The translations under genes and the position numbers were made by a program. A stretch of DNA of 64,000 nt. Origin: the human T2T-CHM13v2.0 reference genome, Homo sapiens. The DNA is taken from NCBI RefSeq assembly GCF_009914755.1, contig NC_060937.1, one strand, 5' to 3'. Each line of letters opens with the position of its first letter. The first letter of the stretch is position 1. Shown in pieces: positions 52,179 through 64,000 of this stretch. A model generated the notes under the pieces. That model made no database searches and was not told the DNA's origin. It saw only the letters and a program-made list of their open reading frames with translations.

Positions 52179-52696
52179 TGTATTAGTTTCCTAGGACTGC
52201 CATAACAAAGTACCACAAAATGGGTATCTTCAACAACGGAAATGTATTGTCTCACAGTTCTGGAGATGATACAATTCTAGAAGTCTGAGATCAAGGTGTC
52301 AGCAGCGTTGGTTCTTTCTGAAGGCTGTGAGGTTAATTTGACTGCTAGAAGGAAAATGGCTCCATGCCTCTTCCCTGGGTTTTGTTGGCTTGTGACAATC
52401 TTCGGCATTCCTTGACTTCTAGAGGCATCATCTTAATCTCTGCCTTCATCTTCACATGGTGTTTTCCCTGTAGGGCTTCACATTGTCTTCACTCTGTGCA
52501 TGTCTCTGTGTCCAAATTTTCCCTTTTATAAGGACATCAATCAAAATGGATTATGGGCCTACCCTACCCCAGAATGACCTCATCTTAACTAATTACATCT
52601 GGAACTATCCTGTTTCCAAATAAGGTCGCATTCTTAGGTACTGGGGATTAGGACTTCAACACATGAATTTTGCAGGGACACGCTTAACCTGTAACA
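52179..52696 (-). mobile_element. MLT1 (B/C/D-like) solo LTR
   Basis: tgtattagtttcctagg.ctgccataacaaagtaccacaaa...tttccaaataaggtc.cattct.aggtactgggg.ttaggacttcaac. Confidence 0.85.
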
Positions 52697-52936
52697 AGGT
52701 CTTATCTCATTGGAGCACCTAGTTGATGAGATAGTGTAAATCATGTCATCTTACATCATGACTTGACTAACAAATCACTAGGAACAAAACCTTGAGTGTA
52801 CTTGGCCTGGGAGGGAAGGAGACCATAGGGAAAACTGCCTCCTGTCCCCTCTATAAAGATTTCAATAAAGAAGTAGTTGTCCGTAAGAAGGAGGGAGAAG
52901 TGGGGGCCATAGGCAATTTAATTATCCCAAGTTTCA

Positions 52937-53110
52937 TTTTATTTTATTTTTTAAGACAGGGTCTGGCTCTGTTGCTCAGGCTGGAGTGCAGTGGCACCCA
53001 TCATTGCTCACTGCCCCCTCAAACTCCTGGGCTCAAGCAATCCTCTCACCTCAGCCTCCCGAGTAGCTGGGTCTATAGGTGTGTGCCATAATGCCTAACT
53101 AATAATTTTT
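52937..53110 (-). mobile_element. Alu right monomer (FRAM or truncated AluJ)
   Basis: Poly(T) plus a single right arm only. Confidence 0.8.
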
Positions 53111-53279
53111 CCTTCTAATTACCTGGTTGTTTTATTTTGGTTTATGAAAATACTACACAATTGTTGTAGAGCATGAACAAAATATAAGTAATTGCAGAGG
53201 AGGAAAAAAGGCATAATCCTAATACCTAAAATGGCCAGTATTTAAAAAGGAATCATGTAGTTTATTAAAAATTGAAATA

Positions 53280-54006
53280 ATCTTGGATAAACTTTTGTAT
53301 CCTGCCTTATCCACTTACTACTATTATAAACATTTTAAAATATAATAATATGCTTCAATACTGTGTTTTTTGCTTCTTTTCCTAATGACTCTATGGTATT
53401 TTATTACCAAATAGAGTGTAATCTATTTAATCATTCTTCTCTCAAGATTTTTTTCTTGAAATTATTATTTCTATGTTTATTTTATTATTATTTCTATATT
53501 TATATTAAAAATAACAGAGCAATGAAGATTTTTGTACATAAATCTTGTATACATATCTAATTATTTTGATATGTACATTCCTAGAAGTGAAGTCGCAAGT
53601 TTTATATCTAAAGCTTTTAAATTGTACTGCAATTATAACTTCCCAAAAGAGTGATTTATGTGTTGTGCTCTGTCAAATAATACATATTTTCCCAATCCCT
53701 TGTCAACATTAGATAGATAGAACATAAATTCCAAATTGAGGAGTAAAACATTTTGTTGTTGTTCTAATTACTTGTTTTCCTTTTTATAATAATGTTGAAC
53801 TTTTTTTTGAAAATTCACATTTCTGTTTTTGCGAATCGCCTTTCATGTTCTTTGTTTGTTTTTCATTCAGTATTTTTATTATTATGTTTTTCTTACTGAC
53901 TTTTGAAAGCTCTTTATCACCCATATATAACCCAATGTATGTTTTTTTCCAGGATGTCATTTACTTTTTAATTCCATTTATGATTTGTTTTAAAGTATAG
54001 AAACTT
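53280..54006 (-). mobile_element. Ancient L1ME-type fragment, left part (host of the young L1)
   Basis: ttcctagaagtgaa.t.gc, aatgttgaac.ttttt, aaagctcttta; continues colinearly after 60274. Confidence 0.6.
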
Positions 54007-54007
54007 G

Positions 54008-54185
54008 ATACCTCCCTGCAAGCTGAGGGAGCAGGCTCCGGCCTTGGCCAGCCCAGAAAGGGGATCCCACAATGCAGCGGTGGGCTGAAGTGTTCCTCAA
54101 GTGCCGCCAAAGTGGGAGCCCAGGCAGAGGAGGCGCCGAGAGCGAGTTAGGGCTGTGAGGACTGCCAGCACGCTGTCACCTCTCA
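54008..54185 (-). mobile_element. First ~178 bp of an LTR12C (HERV9 LTR), antisense, inside the L1 insertion
   Basis: The reverse complement reads tgagaggtgacagcgtgctggcagtcctcacagccct..ctcgctctcggcgcctcctctgcctgggctcccactttggcggcacttgagg..., the LTR12C 5' terminus. Confidence 0.9.
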
Positions 54186-54229
54186 ACACTGCGGTGCTGA
54201 TAATGACACTTCCTGATAATTAGGAATGT

Positions 54230-55136
54230 GGAGCCAAGATGGCCGAATAGGAACAGCTCCGGTCTACAGCTCCCAGCGTGAGCGACGCAGAAGATGGGTG
54301 ATTTCTGCATTTCCATCTGAGGTACCGGGTTCATCTCACTAGGGAGTGCCAGACAGTGGGCGCAGGCCCGTGTGTGTGCGCACCGTGCGCGAGCCGAAGC
54401 AGGGCGAGGCATTGCCTCACCTGGGAAGCGCAAGGGGTCAGGGAGTTCCCTTTCTGAGTCAAAGAAAGGGGTGACGGACGCACCTGGAAAATCGGGTCAC
54501 TCCCACCCGAATATTGCGCTTTTCAGACCAACTTAAGAAATGGCGCACCACGAGACTATATCCCACACCTGGCTCAAAGGGTCCTACGCCCACGGAATCT
54601 CGCTGATTGCTAGCACAGCAGTCTGAGATCAAACTGCAAGGCGGCAACGAGGCTGGGGGAGGGGCGCCCGCCATTGCCCAGGCTTGCTTAGGTAAACAAA
54701 GCAGCCGGGAAGCTCGAACTGGGTGGAGCCCACCACAGCTCAAGGAGGCCTGCCTGCCTCTGTAGGCTCCACCTCTGGGGGCAGGGCACAGACAAACAAA
54801 AAGACAGCAGTAACCTCTGCAGACTTAAGTGTCCCTGTCTGACAGCTTTGAAGAGAGCAGTGGTTCTCCCAGCACGCAGCTGGAGATCTGAGAACGGGCA
54901 GACTGCCTCCTCAAGTGGGTCCCTGACCCCTGACCCCTGACCCCCGAGCAGCCTAACTGGGAGGCACCCCCCAGCAGGGGCACACTGACACCTCACATGG
55001 CAGGGTATTCCAACAGACCTGCAGCTGAGGGTCCTGTCTGTTAGAAGGAAAACTAACAACCAGAAAGGACATCTACACCGAAAACCCATCTGTACATCAC
55101 CATCATCAAAGACCAAAAGTAGATAAAACCACAAAG
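54230..55136. promoter_or_regulatory. L1 5'UTR: sense and antisense promoters, CpG-rich, YY1 site intact
   Basis: caagatggcc at ~54235-54244; many CpGs retained. Confidence 0.85.
54459..54674 (-). CDS. ORF0: L1 ORF0 (71 aa), open
   Basis: MAGAPPPASLPPCSLISDCCASNQRDSVGVG...RCVRHPFL. Confidence 0.8.
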   Translation of the reverse strand: MAGAPPPASLPPCSLISDCCASNQRDSVGVGPFEPGVGYSLVVRHFLSWSEKRNIRVGVTRFSRCVRHPFL

Positions 55137-56153
55137 ATGGGGAAAAAACAGAACAGAAAAACTGGAAACTCTAAAACACAGAGCGCCTCTCCTCCTCCAA
55201 AGGAACGCAGTTCCTCACCAGCAACAGAACAAAGCTGGATGGAGAATGATTTTGACGAGCTGAGAGAAGAAGGCTTCAGACGATCAAATTACTCTGAGCT
55301 ACGGGAGGACATTCAAACCAAAGGCAAAGAAGTTGAAAACTTTGAAAAAAATTTAGAAGAATGTATAACTAGAATAACCAATACAGAGAAGTGCTTAAAG
55401 GAGCTGATGGAGCTGAAAACCAAGGCTCGAGAACTACATGAAGAATGCAGAAGCCTCAGGAGCCGATGCGATCAACTGGAAGAAAGGGTATCAGCAATGG
55501 AAGATGAAATGAATGAAATGAAGCGAGAAGGGAAGTTTAGAGAAAAAAGAATAAAAAGAAATGAGCAAAGCCTCCAAGAAATATGGGACTATGTGAAAAG
55601 ACCAAATCTACGTCTGATTGGTGTACCTGAAAGTGACGGGGAGAATGGAACCAAGTTGGAAAACACTCTGCAGGATATTATCCAGGAGAACTTCCCCAAT
55701 CCAGCAAGGCAGGCCAACGTTCAGATTCAGGAAATACAGAAAACGCCACAAAGATACTCCTCGAGAAGAGCAACTCCAAGACACATAATTGTCAGATTCA
55801 CCAAAGTTGAAATGAAGGAAAAAATGTTAAGGGCAGCCAGAGAGAAAGGTCGGGTTACCCTCAAAGGAAAGCCCATCAGACTAACAGCGGATCTCCTGGC
55901 AGAAACCCTACAAGCCAGAAGAGAGTGGGGGCCAATATTCAACATTCTTAAAGAAAAGAATTTTCAACCCAGAATTTCATATCCAGCCAAACTAAGCTTC
56001 ATAAGTGAAGGAGAAATAAAATACTTTATAGACAAGCAAATGCTGAGAGATTTTGTCACCACCAGGCCTGCCCTAAAAGAGCTCCTGAAGGAAGCGCTAA
56101 ACATGGAAAGGAACAACCGGTACCAGCCGCTGCAAAATCATGCCAAAATGTAA
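55137..56153 (+). CDS. L1ORF1: L1 ORF1p RNA-binding protein, 338 aa, open
   Basis: MGKKQNRKTGNSK...YQPLQNHAKM, with REKG, ARR and YPAKLS motifs intact. Confidence 0.95.
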   Translation: MGKKQNRKTGNSKTQSASPPPKERSSSPATEQSWMENDFDELREEGFRRSNYSELREDIQTKGKEVENFEKNLEECITRITNTEKCLKELMELKTKARELHEECRSLRSRCDQLEERVSAMEDEMNEMKREGKFREKRIKRNEQSLQEIWDYVKRPNLRLIGVPESDGENGTKLENTLQDIIQENFPNPARQANVQIQEIQKTPQRYSSRRATPRHIIVRFTKVEMKEKMLRAAREKGRVTLKGKPIRLTADLLAETLQARREWGPIFNILKEKNFQPRISYPAKLSFISEGEIKYFIDKQMLRDFVTTRPALKELLKEALNMERNNRYQPLQNHAKM

Positions 56154-56216
56154 AGACCATCGAGACTAGGAAGAAACTGCATCAACTAATGAGCAAAATC
56201 ACCAGCTAACATCATA

Positions 56217-60045
<3,829 letters not shown>

Positions 60046-60273
60046 ACAATGAGATCACATGGACACAGGAAGGGGAATATCACACTCTGGGGACTGTGGT
60101 GGGGTCGGGGGAGGGGGGAGGGATAGCATTGGGAGATATACCTAATGCTAGATGACATGTTAGTGGGTGCAGCGCACCAGCATGGCACATGTATACATAA
60201 CTAACCTGCACAATGTGCGCATGTACCCTAAAACTTAGAGTATAATAAAAAAAAAAAATTAAAAAAAAAAAAA

Positions 60274-60720
60274 AGAAACTTAATCTTAATGCTCTTGGCT
60301 TTGTCAGCTCTTTCTTTTATAGTTTCTATCTTTGATTTTATGCCTTGAAATTGTTATCTCAACCTAAAAGCTGATAAAAATTTATTTATATATTTTTCTT
60401 ATTTTGTATGTGTGTGTGTGTTTTAATTCTTACACATTTAACATTTTAGGCTGTCTAGAATTTATTTTTGTGTGTGGAATAAAAATGTGATCACATGTAT
60501 TTCTTTTACATTAAGATTTCAGACAGAATATATCTAAAGTGCACATTGTATAACCCTTCTCTCAGTGATCTGAAATGCCATTTTTATCATACACCAAATT
60601 CTCAGTCTACTACAGTTGGATTTTGGGCTCTGCATTCTCTTTCATGAAGTGATCTTCAAGGACTCTCATCTTTGTGGTCTTCATTTTTACATCTTAATGT
60701 AGCTGTAGTATCCTTTTTAA
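60274..60720 (-). mobile_element. Ancient L1ME-type fragment, right part
   Basis: tcttttatagtttct, ttacacatttaa...tctagaatttatttttgtgtgtgg, gatctgaaatgcca..tttatcata.accaaatt. Confidence 0.6.
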
Positions 60721-62719
60721 ATTTTCTTGAAAGCAAGATCTTTGGAAAAAAATCATTTCCTGTTTCCTACAACAAACTTGATTAAAAAGATTTACTTTTT
60801 ACACTGAGTTCTCCAGTATTTTCCTTCCTTGTCTTGGAGAGCTGGTGTTTGCTTATCCCTAGGGAAGCCCTGAGGCTCGGCTGCCTTTGAGCTTGTGGGA
60901 GTAGCTACAAAGGTTGAAACCGTGTGTGACTTCCAGACCACACATGGCGTGGTGGTCATTCTGGTCGGCCTGGGTGCAAGCAGTACGAGTATGCATTGAC
61001 TGTAGAAAATTTACAAACAGCAACAGAAAAACCTGGTAAACATTGATTTGCTTTTCATTATCATCATGTACCAAGAAGTTTAAACAATGTTAATGATACA
61101 ATACTCTCTTAAAAAATCTTTTATTGGTCTAATTCTAAACAATTGCCATAGCTATTGAGTTCTAATAACAGATGCATGGCTTTAAATTCGTACATTTTAA
61201 AATTGCTTATCACTGGATAAACGTTATGTTCTCTATGAGAGGTAATTCAAAGAACTCCAAATTATACAGTCAGTTTCTAACCCACGAAGATTAACTATAT
61301 TTGAGTTTGCTTGGGGAGTGGTTTTCCAACTCCAGAGGAACTAGGTATTCCTGCATTCAAATGGTATATATAACATGAACAAGAGAGCACAGTGCTTGTA
61401 AACTGGAAGAAACAGAACGTGATGAATTTTCTGGTGAAGCTCTTTTCGAGGAAATGTTCTGGCTGCAAGAGAGATTTGAGATTTACCAGAATTGATCCTG
61501 AGGAAATAAGACATGGGTGGTATTGCAAGCTCTGGAATGTATTGTAAAATGATATTTTTATAAATATCTGCAACACTTACCTGTATGTTTAAGAGTTGTG
61601 TGTCTGTTGCTTCATTTGAAATACCTTTTTGAACTTAAAATGAATATAAGGTTTAATATTGGCCAACTATGAACAATGACAGATTAACAAGGCTGCACTG
61701 CCTATGAATGTAAATATGTGAAGAAAAACAGTTTTGAAGATGTTATTTACTAATTTGAAGAAGTTAAGGCCTAAAAACAAAAACTTTGTTTTTCATTCGT
61801 TACTGTAATAGACTAATATGTAGGTCTATGTTTTATTTCCATTTATATGTAGTACTTCATTATTTATTTTTTCTTTCGGCATTGCAGTATTTATTTGTTG
61901 TTAATTAATACATTTATTTTTTTACTGGAATAATTATATGACAAAGTTTAATAAAAGGGAATTTTCAACATTTTCCGGACATTATTGTAATTTATTTTAT
62001 TTCATGATTATTACTGCAAGTAATTTTGTTGCATAGAAAAGAGGGTGTTAAAAAGTGCTTTGCTCCAAGTTTTAAATACGCTAGGTGTGCTTCTATCTCT
62101 GGGTAGCACTCCTTTCTGGAGGGAACCTTCCATACTATCAGCATGTCTGGCCATCATCTCAAAAAGAAGCCTCTACTGCTTCTATATCCTCTGTACCTGC
62201 CCATGACCTGACCTCACCCTACTGATTTAGATGATGTGAAGACACATCTGGTCTGCTAACTTCCCAGGCATATTAGACAGCTAACAATGTTTCCTTTAAG
62301 TCAGTCCCATACGTATCAAAGTTTCTAGCACACAGATGGCATTCTTTCTAGTTTCCAATGATGTTTTATTTTTCTACCACTTTCCTCCCAATTTTACATT
62401 TTGTAGGTTTTTCCCATGGTGTTCCCTTTCCAATGTCTTTCTGGAAGTCACACATTGACCACTAACAACAGGAGAGAGGACAAAGAAAGGCAGCAAAAGA
62501 CTATTTCCAATGCGAAATATGATCAGGTAACTCAACACTCTTTTCTTGGGCATGTGGGGTGGGCAAAGGTGGGATGCCCTTCTGAAGGGTGCAAAGAAGC
62601 TAGCTCATCCTTTGGAATGACACTTAAGCCTCCCAAGTTATTTCTATCTTGGATAATAAGAATTCTGGTTTTGAAATGAATGGTTGGAATGCATTTTCTT
62701 TGATAAAATATGCACAAAA

Positions 62720-62885
62720 TTTTAGAGCTAGAGTTTAAAAAACCAAGCCCTTTATTTTATAGATGAAAAAAAAAAATAAATCCCAGAGGAGTAAAGTCAC
62801 TTGAGTTAATCCCTCAAGGTAGTTAGTGGCAGAACTGGAACCAGAGCTCGGATCTACCTGTTCTTAATTAAGCATATTTTCTAAT
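62720..62885 (-). mobile_element. MIR
   Basis: attttatagatga.aaaa...cccagag..gtaaagtcacttg...agttagtggcagaactgg. Confidence 0.65.
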
Positions 62886-64000
62886 GGAGATATTGCTGTG
62901 CTTGCTTTGACGTCATGCTTAACCTTTCTCCCCAGTTCCTGCTTCCTGGTTGCTGTGAGGATTCAATCTAATAATATATATTAGAATGTTCCTGAACCTC
63001 TAAAAGGCTTAAAAAATCTTGACAGGCTTACTGTTATTCTAATAAATGTTCCAAATAATAGAAGTTTCAAAAGGATGTAAATTGTGGCTTTTTGTGGAGT
63101 TCTGTATGAAATGCAGCCTTTTCTCTTTTACAGTGATATTGACATAATTCTGCTCCGATAAACTAATGTTCCTATCTCAAATGACTTCTTTGGCAGGAAC
63201 AAAAATTAATATGTTAATGCAAAAAAAGACACAGAAAGATTTCAAAACGGGGAACGGCAGAATGTCTTAAAAGTTACCAAGAGACAAATGCCGATGCTTA
63301 ATTTTTATTTTAAAATAAAGTATTCAGTATCTATATAATAACGTTAAATGCGCAAGCATTGTTTGTAATCATAACCCCTCCCCTTCTTCTATCTAATAGA
63401 AAATTTGCTAGTCTTTTATGTTTCTGCTTTATTCATTTATTTCTTTCCTTAAGCAAGTATTTATTGGAATATTATTATGTGCCATTTCTGTGGTTACAAC
63501 AATGAATACAAGAAGCTTCTATAGAGAGAAACAGAGGCAATTATAATAAGTCATGGAAAGAACTAGGGTAGCAGAAGTAGTGTTAGAGAAGCAAGGAAAA
63601 TAGAGTTTAGTAAAACTTGAAACATTCAGATTTTCCATTAATAAGAAATTCTGTTAAGAGTATTATTGAGGGATTTGAGTGAAACCAAAAGTTTAAAAAT
63701 CATTTGAATTTTTAAAACTCAATGGTTTTAGTCTGTTGTGACCAAATATATTGAAAAATGGCTACTATTCAAATTCATTTAAAATTTATCCTCTGTTTAA
63801 TTTTTACTTTGTGAATGTGATTCTAGTTTATTTAATTTGGGAAATAATGAAAAAAGAGCTAGATTCTAAATTTCCTAGGTTTTGAGGACTGATGAAACAT
63901 TTCCCATTACTGAAATGTTATCTATTAAAACTGAAAAACTTGGGTTGAAATCTTTGGATGCATCAGCAATATGATCAATAGTCATGATTAAAGAAAGATA

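Noticed and set aside
60244-60273. Interrupted tail (A)n-tt-(A)n read as a mini 3' transduction matching aatta at ~54218
   Set aside because: Only 5 bp match, and similar interruptions are common in young L1 tails.

Overview
Human non-coding DNA, either intergenic or deep intronic, AT-rich and dominated by transposable elements. I recognise no exon of a cellular protein-coding gene. The only intact recognisable ORFs are L1 ORF1 and ORF0. Main contents: a full-length RPL21 processed pseudogene split by an Alu; a nested stack (Tigger3 > full-length L1PB1-like > THE1B-like provirus); a second THE1A-like provirus; several solo LTRs, including MER52; Charlie/MER DNA-transposon relics; and a near full-length human-specific L1HS of pre-Ta type. 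Three structures stand out. (1) The L1HS insertion starts ~220 bp upstream of its own 5' end: inside the TSD lie an antisense LTR12C piece and 44 bp of unique spacer, which looks like an LTR12C-driven 5' transduction. (2) The old L1PB1 appears to have carried ~0.9 kb of ERV1 internal sequence as a 3' transduction. (3) The two THE1 proviruses, 17.6 kb apart, share a ~340 bp tract of raised identity that makes one LTR chimeric, which suggests ectopic gene conversion. Subfamily names come from recalled consensus sequences, not from a database search, and boundaries of old repeats are approximate.
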